A stretch of 64,000 nt of DNA from an uncultured Acidobacteriota bacterium (GTDB taxonomy: Bacteria > Acidobacteriota > Thermoanaerobaculia > UBA5066), in contig CAWIIN010000002.1 of NCBI GenBank assembly GCA_963836285.1, positions 1,650,386 to 1,714,385 of the forward strand, written 5' to 3'. The number at the start of each line of letters is the position of its first letter. Position 1 is the stretch's first letter. The translations under genes were made by a program, and so were the position numbers. Positions 20,053 to 29,159 of the stretch are shown in pieces. The notes beneath the pieces were generated by a model, which saw nothing but the letters and a program-made list of their open reading frames with translations, searched no databases and was not told where the DNA came from.

Positions 20053-20799
20053 ATGGACCAGGTGGGCGTCCGCGTCGGGCTGAAGATCTGGGGAAGACAG
20101 GTCGAGATGGAGATGACCCTTCCCGCGGGGCCGGCGCGTCTCGAATCGCTCCTGCCCGTTTTCCAGAGGATGGCGGACGGGTTGGTCGACCTGGCGACGG
20201 AGCGCGCCGGCGCCGAGGGCCGGGCCGTCTCCTGCCGGAAGGGCTGCGGCGCCTGCTGCCGTCAGCTCGTTCCGATCTCGGAGGTCGAGGCGCGGCGCAT
20301 CGGCCGGCTCGTGGACGAGCTGCCCGAGCCGCGGCGGACGGAGGTCCGGGTGCGTTTCGCCCGCGCCCGCGCGCGCCTCGCCGGGGCGGGACTCCTCTCG
20401 ACGCTCGAGGATCGCGAGGCGTTCGTGGACGGAGACGTTCCCGCGTTCGGCCTCGCCTACTTTCATCTCGGGATCGCGTGCCCGTTTCTCGAGGACGAGA
20501 GCTGCTCGATCCACGCCGATCGGCCGATCAGTTGCCGCGAGTATCTCGTGACGTCGCCGGCCGTGAACTGCGCCGACCCGAAACCGGGGGCCATCGCGCT
20601 CGTCGAACTCCCCGGAAAGGTCTGGACCGCGCTGGCGCGAGCGGATTCCGTCGGCGATTCGGGGCGCGTCGTCCGGTGGGTGCCGCTCGTCCTGGCGCCC
20701 GAGTGGGCGACGACGCATCCCGACGAGTCCGAGCCTCGACCAGTCGAGGACGTCCTTCGAGGCGTCGTCGACGAGCTTGCCGCGCGCCACGGCGCCTGA
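20053..20799 (+). CDS. YkgJ/UPF0153-family CxxCxxCC putative Fe-S or zinc-binding protein
   Basis: Internal ATG at 20053 of ORF 19429..20799. CRKGCGACCRQ followed by the CPFL...C..H pattern of the YkgJ family. Confidence 0.65.
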   Translation: MDQVGVRVGLKIWGRQVEMEMTLPAGPARLESLLPVFQRMADGLVDLATERAGAEGRAVSCRKGCGACCRQLVPISEVEARRIGRLVDELPEPRRTEVRVRFARARARLAGAGLLSTLEDREAFVDGDVPAFGLAYFHLGIACPFLEDESCSIHADRPISCREYLVTSPAVNCADPKPGAIALVELPGKVWTALARADSVGDSGRVVRWVPLVLAPEWATTHPDESEPRPVEDVLRGVVDELAARHGA

Positions 20800-20992
20800 C
20801 GTCGGCCCGGGCCGCGTCGCGGGGGCCGATGGATTACAATTCGACAGATCAAGAGGGTTTTGAGCGCTCCGTCGCACCGCCTCGGCGGGCCGGAGGTCTC
20901 GAAGGAGAAGGCATCTGGCTCGGAAACGTGAGACCGGGTCGGCCCCGAAAGAGGTCCGTAAGGCCGAGGCGGCGCCGAGAGCTGCCGCCCCG

Positions 20993-21943
20993 TTGCCTCA
21001 CGTCGAGCCGCCCGTCACACTCGCCCGGCTCCGCCACTACCGGAAGCTGACGAAGGCGGTGTCGGCGCATCTTCGCGCCCAGCTCGAGACGACGCTCGAG
21101 ACGCTCACGCCGCTCTTTCACGCCGAGACCGTCTTCGGGGACTACGTCCAGAAGAGCGTGCTGTCGGCCAAGGCCGAGGTCGAGGCGGGGCCGCGTGCCC
21201 AGCTCGGGCCCGACCGCTGGGGCCGCGGGTCGGAGCTCGCGATGGCGCGCGGGCCGGCCGCGCCACCGACGGCAAAGGAGCTCGAGGACGCCCGGAAGTA
21301 CGCGAAGGCGAACATCTCACTGAAGGAGGCCGTGAAGGGCGCCGACCGCGCGTTTCACGACCTCGAGAGCCTCTACGACGGTATCGCCAAGAAGAAGCCC
21401 TACGATCTCGGAATCGGCCTGACTCCGCCTCTCCCCATCAACACCGCGGCTCTCGAGATCCTCCCGCTGGACTATCCCCACGTCGCGCGCTCGGAGCGCC
21501 AGACGAAGCGCGTCATGGTCACGGCGCCTCTGACGTGGATCGTGACGTATGCGGGGTGCTCTCTCGGGCGCCTGCGCGCGCTCATCGCGGACCCGAACCG
21601 CTCACGCGACGAGCTCCAGCGCGTCCTGACGCACCACCTGCTCCTGCACGTCGTGCTGGAGCGCAAGAGCGGCCTTCGCGAGCTTCTCGAAGCGCTGAAT
21701 TTTCCCGTGAGGTCCGAAACGCTGCCGGAGTTCGGCGCGCTTCCCCTGACGGTCGTCACGTCGGCGGTGAAGACGGAGCGCCCGTCCGACGACGTCATCC
21801 TGGAGAGCACCGATCTTTCGGGCGTCGACGCGACCGAGGAGATCGTCCGCGTGACGAACGTCGCCGGAATGGTCGACAGGCGCCGGGCGCGCCTGCTCGA
21901 GATCGTCGAAGCCGAGGAGACCGGGGCGGGCGAAGACGCCTGA
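20993..21943 (+). CDS. Uncharacterised protein, paralog A of a tandem pair
   Basis: 316 aa, TTG start. Aligns along its whole length with the downstream ORF (LRHYRKLTKAVSAHLRAQLE / LRSLRKLTRAIAESLRTELK; PLDYPHVA / PLEYPHVA; TAPLTWIVTY / TQPLKWIVTY). Confidence 0.55.
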   Translation: MPHVEPPVTLARLRHYRKLTKAVSAHLRAQLETTLETLTPLFHAETVFGDYVQKSVLSAKAEVEAGPRAQLGPDRWGRGSELAMARGPAAPPTAKELEDARKYAKANISLKEAVKGADRAFHDLESLYDGIAKKKPYDLGIGLTPPLPINTAALEILPLDYPHVARSERQTKRVMVTAPLTWIVTYAGCSLGRLRALIADPNRSRDELQRVLTHHLLLHVVLERKSGLRELLEALNFPVRSETLPEFGALPLTVVTSAVKTERPSDDVILESTDLSGVDATEEIVRVTNVAGMVDRRRARLLEIVEAEETGAGEDA

Positions 21944-21976
21944 GGCGTCCCGCGACGAACGGAGGATTCACCCCAG

Positions 21977-22753
21977 ATGGACCAAGCGTACGACCTCCAG
22001 AAACTCCGGTCGCTCCGGAAGCTGACGCGGGCGATCGCGGAGTCGCTGCGCACGGAGCTCAAGGAGCATCTGGGCACCGTGACGCTCCTCTTCCGGCCGC
22101 GCACGATCCTGGGCGACTTCGTCGAGGGCAGCGTCAAGCGCGAGGTGAAGGGCTCGGACGTGGCATTCCGGGAACTGCGCAGCCGGTACGAGACCGTGGC
22201 AGGGGGGCGACCCTACGGGCTCTCGAAGGAACTGAATCCCCCGATCGAAATCCTGAACACGAACGTGGAGCTCGTCCCGCTCGAGTACCCGCACGTCGCA
22301 AAGGAAGGGTCGGAAACGAGGACGATCACCGTCACGCAGCCGCTCAAGTGGATCGTGACGTATTCGGGACTTGCACCCACGCGCCTCCGGGAGCTCATGG
22401 CGGCCAAGATCCCCGACGCCTCGCAGGTGAAGGAAATCATCGTGCACGCGCTCGTTCTGAACACCGTGCTCACGAGGCAACCGGGGCTTCTCGCGGTCTT
22501 CGAGGCTCTTCGCTTCCCCGTCGTCACCGAGAAACTGCCCGGCCTGGGCGAGCTCCCCGTCACCTGCATCTCCTCGAGCGTGCGGACGGTGCGGCCGCCG
22601 GACGACGTCCTGATCGAGAGCACGGAGATTTCGGGCCTGAACGCGTTCGAGGAAGTCGTGAATGCCAACGACATCGTGCAGATGCAGGACCCCTTCCGCG
22701 AAAGGCTCCTCGAGGTCATCAAGGAAAACGCGCCCGAGGCCCTGAAGGGCTGA
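21977..22753 (+). CDS. Uncharacterised protein, paralog B of a tandem pair
   Basis: 258 aa, ATG preceded by GGAGG. About 35-40% identity to paralog A by eye. Confidence 0.6.
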   Translation: MDQAYDLQKLRSLRKLTRAIAESLRTELKEHLGTVTLLFRPRTILGDFVEGSVKREVKGSDVAFRELRSRYETVAGGRPYGLSKELNPPIEILNTNVELVPLEYPHVAKEGSETRTITVTQPLKWIVTYSGLAPTRLRELMAAKIPDASQVKEIIVHALVLNTVLTRQPGLLAVFEALRFPVVTEKLPGLGELPVTCISSSVRTVRPPDDVLIESTEISGLNAFEEVVNANDIVQMQDPFRERLLEVIKENAPEALKG

Positions 22754-22786
22754 CCCGCGGCGTCGGGAGACGCTCCGGGGGCCGGC

Positions 22787-24343
22787 TCAGGCCTCGAGCA
22801 ACGCCAGGCGGCCCACGCGCTCGAAGTTCGAGGCGATTCCCTCCTCGACGTCGGCGGCGAGAGCCGCGTTCGCGGGGTCCCGCTCCCGAAGGGCGGCTTC
22901 CATCTCAGCGGTGATCGCCGCGCGGCCGCGCGTGCCGTCCAGGAGCAGGAGAAACGTCCGCACGAGCGGGTCCTCGAGCCGGATCGACTGGTGCCTGAGG
23001 TTCGTGACCGGCGCCGACGTGCGCGCCTGGAGGCGGGCGAGGGCGCTCGCGCGCGGGCGCTCCGAGACCTCCGTGACGAAGGGGCACGGCGCGCTCTTAA
23101 GGTCGGCGAGGTCGGCGCCATAGGCCGCGAGAAGGAAGCGGAGCAGGCGAGCCTCGTCCTCGGTGGTGGCGGCCCGCCCGCCGGAGGAAGACAAACGGGC
23201 CCGGGCCGCGGAGAAAAGGTCCGTCGTCCGTATCCATCGAGGCCAGATACGCCCGAGCTCGAGAAACGCCGCCTTCGAGAGGGGATGCGACGTCGTCAGC
23301 TCGCCTTCCTTCTCGAACGTGAAGCTCATCGGCGCGTCGGATGCCACGTCGGCGCCGGAGGACGGTCTTGTGCTCGCGCAGACGTGAAGGGCGCGGATGG
23401 CCTCGGGGTCCGGCTCGTGAGAAGGGGAGGCGGCTTCCCTGCAGAGGAGCGTCTGGCGGAAGCGCCGGAAGAGCAGGAAATCGCGGTACTGTTGCTGGAG
23501 GATCAGGTTCTCGGAGCCCACCGCGAGGAGGAACCGGCCGGCCGGGCTGTCCTCCTTCCAGACGGTCATGTCGGAGTAGTCGGCTTCCGAAAGGAACTTG
23601 AGACCGTGTCGGGCCGCGCGCTCGACGAAGTCGACGAAAAGGAGGGGCTCGTTGATCTCGGCCAGGTCGTCGTGGAACAGGACGGCGTCCGGCTGGCTCG
23701 CCAGGTGGTCGATCGTCTCGCGCAGGATCGCCGAGTAGACAGGACGTGGCGGAGCCGCATCCCCGAGGAGCCGCACGAGACCCCGCGCCTGCTCGATTCT
23801 CGAGGCGGGCTCCTCCTCGCCCCGCACGTGCCAGCGCATCATCTGGCGTACGGCGTTCCTCACATGGCATCCCGGGAGCGCGTTGTAGCTCACGTACGCG
23901 ACGCCGTTCGGAGCGAGCGACTCGGAGGCGATCGCGAACACCCGCTCCTGGACGGCAGGCGGCACCCACGAGTAGAGGCCGTGCGCGACGACGTAGTCGA
24001 ACGTGCCGAGTCCGGAGACGTCCAGGAGGTCGGCGTGCTCGAGCGTCACGTTCGCGAGACCGAGGGCGGAAACCTGCGCCTGCCCCTGCTCGATGGCGGA
24101 GCGCGCCGCGTCGAGGCCGAGGAAGGTGCTTCCGGGAAGGGCGTATGCCATCGGGACGAGATTTCCCCCGTTCCCGCAGCCGAGCTCGAGCACGCGGCAG
24201 CGTTCGGGAGGAGCGGCGCTGAGGCCGTACAGCGCCGCGATCGTCGCGAGGCGGTCCGGATGTGCCTGGCAGAACGGCGAGCCGGGATACGAGACGGAAT
24301 CGTATGGGGTCGGCTCGTTTTCGGGCATCGGGTCCGCGATCAT
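22787..24343 (-). CDS. Class I SAM-dependent methyltransferase fused to a C-terminal methyltransferase-regulatory-like domain
   Basis: Start ATG 24343 (MIADPMPENEP). LELGCGNGGNL SAM motif I. Long C-terminal domain resembling the MethyTransf_Reg architecture. The upstream 274 codons of ORF 22787..25165 were rejected. Confidence 0.65.
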   Translation of the reverse strand: MIADPMPENEPTPYDSVSYPGSPFCQAHPDRLATIAALYGLSAAPPERCRVLELGCGNGGNLVPMAYALPGSTFLGLDAARSAIEQGQAQVSALGLANVTLEHADLLDVSGLGTFDYVVAHGLYSWVPPAVQERVFAIASESLAPNGVAYVSYNALPGCHVRNAVRQMMRWHVRGEEEPASRIEQARGLVRLLGDAAPPRPVYSAILRETIDHLASQPDAVLFHDDLAEINEPLLFVDFVERAARHGLKFLSEADYSDMTVWKEDSPAGRFLLAVGSENLILQQQYRDFLLFRRFRQTLLCREAASPSHEPDPEAIRALHVCASTRPSSGADVASDAPMSFTFEKEGELTTSHPLSKAAFLELGRIWPRWIRTTDLFSAARARLSSSGGRAATTEDEARLLRFLLAAYGADLADLKSAPCPFVTEVSERPRASALARLQARTSAPVTNLRHQSIRLEDPLVRTFLLLLDGTRGRAAITAEMEAALRERDPANAALAADVEEGIASNFERVGRLALLEA

Positions 24344-24405
24344 AGAACGGCGGCTCCTGGTCATCCCTCGCGCTAGACTCGGTCGCGATCCTGAGGAGGC
24401 CGCGA

Positions 24406-25889
24406 TGCCGAAGAGCCCGCCATCCCGCGACGTCGACGTGAGGCTGGGGACGGAGACGGCGCCCGCGCCGCTCGACCCTGACGCCCCGTTCCGGCTGCTC
24501 GTGATCGGCGACTTCGGCGGCGCCGGGACCGGGCCCCTCGTGACCCCTCGTGCCGTGGACCGGGATGTCCTCGAGGACGAGATGCGCCGCCTGCGGGCGA
24601 CCGTGGACGTGCCCGTCGGCGACGGGGAGGAAGCCCGCATCGACCTGCGAGAGCTCGACGACTTCCACCCCGACCGGCTTCTCGAACGCGTCGAGGCTCT
24701 GGCGGCGTGGGGGAGGACGCGCGAGCGCCTCGAGGACCCCCGCACGTTCGGCGACGCGGCGCGCGACATGCGCGCGTGGGCGGGAACGGCTCCCGTGAAG
24801 CCGGCAGAGGCGCCGGCGTCCGCTGCCGCCGCGGCGGACGACATCGTGGGCGATCTCCTCGCGGGGGCCGCCCGGCGGGCGAAACCCGCCGCGGACGCCG
24901 CGTTCGAATCCGAGGTGAAGGCGATCGTGCGGCCGCATCTCGCCCCCGAGGAGGATGCCGATCTGCCGCGCCTCCGGCAGGCGCTGGACGACGTCCGCTC
25001 GAGCCTGCTGCGGACGATCCTCGCGCACGCCGGGTTCCGTAGGGTCGAAGCCGCGTGGCGCTCGCTCGATCTCCTCGTGCGCCGGGTCGACGACGAGTCC
25101 GTCCGCGTCTTCTTCCTCGACGCGCCCCGCGACGTGCTTCTCGAGGACCTCACGCGCCACGACACCCTCTCGGCGACCGGCCTGTACCGGTGCCTCGTCG
25201 CCGAGACGGTCGAGACGCCGGGAGCCGAGCCCTGGGGCGCGATCCTCGGTCTCTATGACTTCGGGCCGACGCTCGCCGACGCCGCCCTCCTCTCGCGGAT
25301 CTCGAAGCTCGCCCGTGCCGCGGGCGCCCCGTTCCTCTCCGGCGCGCGCTCCGATTTCGTCGGTTGCGCGTCGCTCGCCGTGACGCCGGATCCCTCGGAC
25401 TGGCGCACGCCCGCGGGAGAAGGCGCGCTCGTCTGGGACGAGCTCCGGGCACTGCCGGAGGCGACGTGGATCGCACTCGCCCTGCCGCGGCTCATGCTGC
25501 GCCTGCCGTATGGAACGAAGACGGACCCGATCGACACATTCGCGTTCGAAGAGGTGCCCGGCGTGCCGTCGAACGGAGATTATGTGTGGGGAAATGGAGC
25601 CGTCGCGTGCGCCCTCGTTCTCGCGGGCGCCTTCGAGCAGGACGGGTGGTCCCTGCGTCCCGAGACCGCGGCCGAGATTACGGGCCTTCCGACGCACGTC
25701 TTCAAGGACGGCCTCGAGACCCGCGTGACGCCGCCCTCCGAAGTCGTCCTCACGATGCGCGCCGCCGACAAGATTCTCGAGGCCGGTCTCGTCCCCGTGC
25801 TTTCGCTGAAGGGGAGCGAGAGCGTGCGCGTCGCGCGCCTGCAGGCGATCGCGAGCCCGCTCCGCGCACTCGCGGGACGCTGGAGCTAG
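24406..25889 (+). CDS. Orphan single-chain TssB-TssC fusion (sheath-like) protein
   Basis: Residues ~30-110 align with TssB/VipA from this same window (FRLLVIGDFGG vs FVVGVLGDFSG; IDLRELDDFHPDRLLERVEAL vs MKFNNMMDFEPDQVVQQVEPL). The remainder aligns with TssC (LPRLMLRLPYG vs LPHTLMRLPYG; FAFEEVPG vs FNFEEDVDG; GLPTHVF vs GLPAHTF). Confidence 0.7.
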
Positions 25890-25921
25890 GAAGCGCGGGA
25901 GACGCGGGCGAGGAGGATTCG

Positions 25922-26824
25922 GTGGCTCACTTCACGAATGCACAGGGCGTGCGCATTTCCGGACAGGCCCTCGTCGTGCAGGTCGGCGAGAGCAAGGAGA
26001 TCGGTCTCTGGGGCTTCCGCGACTTCGGCGGCCAGCCGCTCAACGTGGACGTGATGACGCCGAACGGCCAGCAGTGCTCGGACATCGCGAGCGTGTTCCA
26101 GGTGCGCGAGCAGGGCGACACGCGCTTCTACCGCGTGCGCGGCCTCACGGCCGGAAGCGGCCGCGTCGACGCCCTTCAGGGAGTCGCGAACACGTGGGAC
26201 TGGGTGAGCCTCACCGTCTCCGGTGCACCGTCGGGTCTCGACAGGCTCGTGAGGGCGCTCGGGGACGGGACCCTGAGGACCAGTCCGGGGGACGCGAGCT
26301 TCCTCCACGCGGCCGCCGCGGGATCGGCGACCCTCGCCCTCGATCCGCTGATCGTGATCCTCCTGAACAATCTCCTCACGTTCGGGGGCGTCGACGTCCT
26401 CAGTCTCCTCAGGCGCGGCCAGAGCCAGCACGGCGTCGTGAGCGGAAACCTCGTCACGTGCAAGGCGGTCGACATCCAGGGATACCGCGGCATTCCCGTC
26501 AGGCTGCAACCGCGCGACATGGCGATCAACGTCGTGTGCTCGATCCTCGAGCGCTTTCCGGACGGGCAGTTCGACCTCGGGTTTCCGAGGCCCGTCGGCG
26601 GTCCGACCGGGTTCAACCCGTCCGACGACGTCTTCTTCGCGGTGCCCGACCTCGCGACCGCTCAGCAGTGCTGGAACGGCACGATCAGCCGGTCGCTCGG
26701 GCAGATGATGCGGCCGGCTCAGGATCGTGTCCGCATGGCGATGTCTCCGCGAGCGCGATTCCGCATCCTTTATCCGGACGGCCTCAACCACCTTCACGTC
26801 TCCGTGACACGCAGCCCGATCTGA
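25922..26824 (+). CDS. Hypothetical protein (about 300 aa) directly downstream of the TssBC fusion
   Basis: GTG start at 25922 with GAGGAGG 7 nt upstream. No recognisable motif, no TM segment, one Cys pair. Confidence 0.5.
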   Translation: MAHFTNAQGVRISGQALVVQVGESKEIGLWGFRDFGGQPLNVDVMTPNGQQCSDIASVFQVREQGDTRFYRVRGLTAGSGRVDALQGVANTWDWVSLTVSGAPSGLDRLVRALGDGTLRTSPGDASFLHAAAAGSATLALDPLIVILLNNLLTFGGVDVLSLLRRGQSQHGVVSGNLVTCKAVDIQGYRGIPVRLQPRDMAINVVCSILERFPDGQFDLGFPRPVGGPTGFNPSDDVFFAVPDLATAQQCWNGTISRSLGQMMRPAQDRVRMAMSPRARFRILYPDGLNHLHVSVTRSPI

Positions 26825-26849
26825 AGCGTTCGGGTTGGAGGGACGCGCC

Positions 26850-28088
26850 CTAACGAGGCCCGCGCGCGCTCTGCGGGGAGGCTTCGAGATCGGCGGCCCG
26901 GCCCTTCCAGGTTCCATCGAGCGTGCCGCGTAGCCGAGTCTCCCACAGGGACTCGCGGTCGAGCGCCTCCAGCGCGCTTTCGGGGCAGCCGTGCGAGAGG
27001 TCGATTCCGCGGCACCAGCGCGTGCCCTTCTCGAAGTCCGGGCGGCGCTCTTCCCACGCCGCCCGCGCTTTCCGTTCGTCCGGAAGAGCGACCTCATCGA
27101 GGAACTCGGCCTCGAACGCGTCGGGCTCCTGTCCGTCCGCGGGAGGCACGACCGTGCGGCGCCCCGAGTCCACGTCCTCGCCGGTGATTTTCGTGAAGGC
27201 CTCACCCGCAAAGGCTGCCGCGGCGAGGTCGAGGCCCGCCATTGCGCGGAGGAGCGCGTCGACGCCGCCGGGATGTCCGAGCGTGCCGAGGAGGCGGAAG
27301 CGCTCCGGGCCGGCGCCGACGCCCCGGACCCACTCGAGGACGCGCTCGAGATCCGCGGCGTTGCCCGTCGCGGCGACGAGCAGCATCGAGTCGGGATCGG
27401 CGGCAGGGCCGCGGCCGCGGCGAGTCTCCTCGAGGACCCATGCCTGCCGGCACCAGAGGGCGGCGCGGCGCGCGCCGGCGCGCACGCCGGGATCCGGGTC
27501 CGCGAGCCCGCGCTCGAAGACCGTCCGGCCCTGCGGAAACGGGGCAAGGGCGACGACCCGCCACGCCTTCAGGCGGACCGCGGGCTCATCGGATGCGAGC
27601 CACGCCTCCTGGGCGCGTCCGTCGGGCCGCAGACGCCCGCGCAGCGCGAGCGCCTCGGCCGCCGCCGCGGAGCGAAAGGGCTCCGCGGAGGAGACGGCGT
27701 CCTGGAGGCGGGGAAGGAGCATCTCGGCCGGGCCGTGGGCGAACGCCTCGGCGAGCCCTTCGGCGCGCGCCCCCGTCGCCGACGCGAACGCCTCCCAGAC
27801 GCGGTCGGTCGCATCGGGAAGCCTCGAGCGCAGGAGGCCGTAGCCGGCGGCGAACGCCTCGTCGGCGTCGTCGCCTTCGAGGCCGGGACGGACGAATGCC
27901 GCGAGCTCGTCGCCCGCGATGAGGAGACCCTCGAGATGCGCCTCGATCCGCTTCTCGAGACGGTCGAGGTCGCGCGGAAAAAAGCGACGCGACGTCAGCG
28001 CGTGCCGACGCTGCCCCCACAGGAACGCGAGCTCCTCGAAATGCTCCTCGACGAGGTCGGGCAGGAACTTCAGCGGGGCGTCGGGCAT
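26850..28088 (-). CDS. HEAT-like (PBS-lyase type) repeat protein, possibly TIGR02270-like
   Basis: 412 aa, repeated D-P-x-x-x-V-R-x-x-A pattern (PDPGVRAGARRAAL, EPAVRLKAWRVVAL). Family assignment is tentative. Confidence 0.5.
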   Translation of the reverse strand: MPDAPLKFLPDLVEEHFEELAFLWGQRRHALTSRRFFPRDLDRLEKRIEAHLEGLLIAGDELAAFVRPGLEGDDADEAFAAGYGLLRSRLPDATDRVWEAFASATGARAEGLAEAFAHGPAEMLLPRLQDAVSSAEPFRSAAAAEALALRGRLRPDGRAQEAWLASDEPAVRLKAWRVVALAPFPQGRTVFERGLADPDPGVRAGARRAALWCRQAWVLEETRRGRGPAADPDSMLLVAATGNAADLERVLEWVRGVGAGPERFRLLGTLGHPGGVDALLRAMAGLDLAAAAFAGEAFTKITGEDVDSGRRTVVPPADGQEPDAFEAEFLDEVALPDERKARAAWEERRPDFEKGTRWCRGIDLSHGCPESALEALDRESLWETRLRGTLDGTWKGRAADLEASPQSARGPR

Positions 28089-28107
28089 TGCCGGGGCACG
28101 CTGCTTC

Positions 28108-28545
28108 TCAATTGAGGGAGACGGACCCGCCCTTGATGCGGTTCATGCGTTTCGCGTGCGAGACGAGGTCCTTGCCCTTGATGAGGATCTTCCCGTCGGC
28201 GCGGATCTCGATCGAGCCCTCCCCGACGCGGAGGACGAGGCCCTTCTTCGCCTCGAGGACGAGCTCGCCGGGGAGTCGCGCCTCATCACCGGCCGAAGAC
28301 CCGATGCGGCCGACGACGACGGCGCGGGACCCTTCGGGCGGAATCCAGACGAGGACGTCATCGCCGGGGAGAAAGGCGAGAGGGGAAGCATCCGACGTCC
28401 GGAGCGTGTCGGCGGCAAACGCGGCCTTCTCGTCCGAAACCGTCACGCTCAAGGCACCGTGCTCGTCGACGTCGAGGACCTTGGCGCGTTGAAGGGTGGC
28501 GGGCACGCGGACGGCCTCGTGAGGTCTCTGTGGTCGCATCGTCAT
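28108..28545 (-). CDS. Small gpV/gp5-like OB-fold spike-domain protein (tentative)
   Basis: 145 aa. N-terminal OB-like segment (AKVLDVDEHGALSVTV...PGDDVLVWIPPEGSRAVVVGRI) and C-terminal beta-strand repeat (IEIRADGKILIKGKDLV) resemble phage baseplate protein V. Confidence 0.4.
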   Translation of the reverse strand: MTMRPQRPHEAVRVPATLQRAKVLDVDEHGALSVTVSDEKAAFAADTLRTSDASPLAFLPGDDVLVWIPPEGSRAVVVGRIGSSAGDEARLPGELVLEAKKGLVLRVGEGSIEIRADGKILIKGKDLVSHAKRMNRIKGGSVSLN

Positions 28546-28575
28546 CGTCCCTCCCTTCAGGAGCCTCGTCGGTGC

Positions 28576-29151
28576 TCAGACGAAGGCGTCGCCGGGCTCG
28601 AGGAACTCGAGGTTGCCGAAGCCCGCCGCACGGAGGTGGTCACGGATCTTCTCGTGAACCCAGATGCTGCCGGTGGCTTCGGCCAGGCGGAAGACGAGAG
28701 CCCCGCGAGCCTTCTTCGGGTCGAGCACGAGGTCGTCGAACTCGACGTCGATCACGGGACCGCCGGTCCGAATCGTCGCCCGCGATTTCGCCATGTCGGC
28801 CGCGGCGACGAGCCCGACGACGTTGGCGGCCCGATAGTTCCGGTACGAGCGCTTTCCGTCCGGCTCCCGGATCTCGGCCGGGTAGTAATCGATGTTGTCG
28901 ACGCCCGCGGCCGCAAGCGCGTCGATGAGGTCGTCGCGGAACAGCGGGATCGTGCCGTCGAAGAGCTCGGGCATTTCCGCCCCGTGGTCCTTCGCATCCG
29001 GATTGAGGGGTTTCAGCGGGAAGACGAGGGGGTTCGGAACGGCCACGCCGATCCGGGTGCCGAGATCGAAATCGGCCTCCCGGATGAACGGCCAGCTGTC
29101 GATCCAACGGCAAGGGTGCTTGGCGCCGAACCGTTCGAGCAGGTAGTACAT
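28576..29151 (-). CDS. Putative immunity protein for the AHH nuclease
   Basis: ATG at 29151 lies 9 nt after the toxin stop, with GGAGG overlapping the stop (TAGGAGGCTGCATG). 191 aa with no signal peptide. The upstream 75 codons of the ORF overlap the toxin and were rejected. Confidence 0.55.
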   Translation of the reverse strand: MYYLLERFGAKHPCRWIDSWPFIREADFDLGTRIGVAVPNPLVFPLKPLNPDAKDHGAEMPELFDGTIPLFRDDLIDALAAAGVDNIDYYPAEIREPDGKRSYRNYRAANVVGLVAAADMAKSRATIRTGGPVIDVEFDDLVLDPKKARGALVFRLAEATGSIWVHEKIRDHLRAAGFGNLEFLEPGDAFV

Positions 29152-29159
29152 GCAGCCTC

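Noticed and set aside
22787-25165. Upstream 274 codons of the 792-aa methyltransferase ORF, and ORF 24003..25889 upstream of the TssBC start
   Set aside because: Ser/Arg-rich low-complexity translation with no domain. Internal ATG starts with RBS context give proteins of normal size. The two extensions would also overlap each other on opposite strands.
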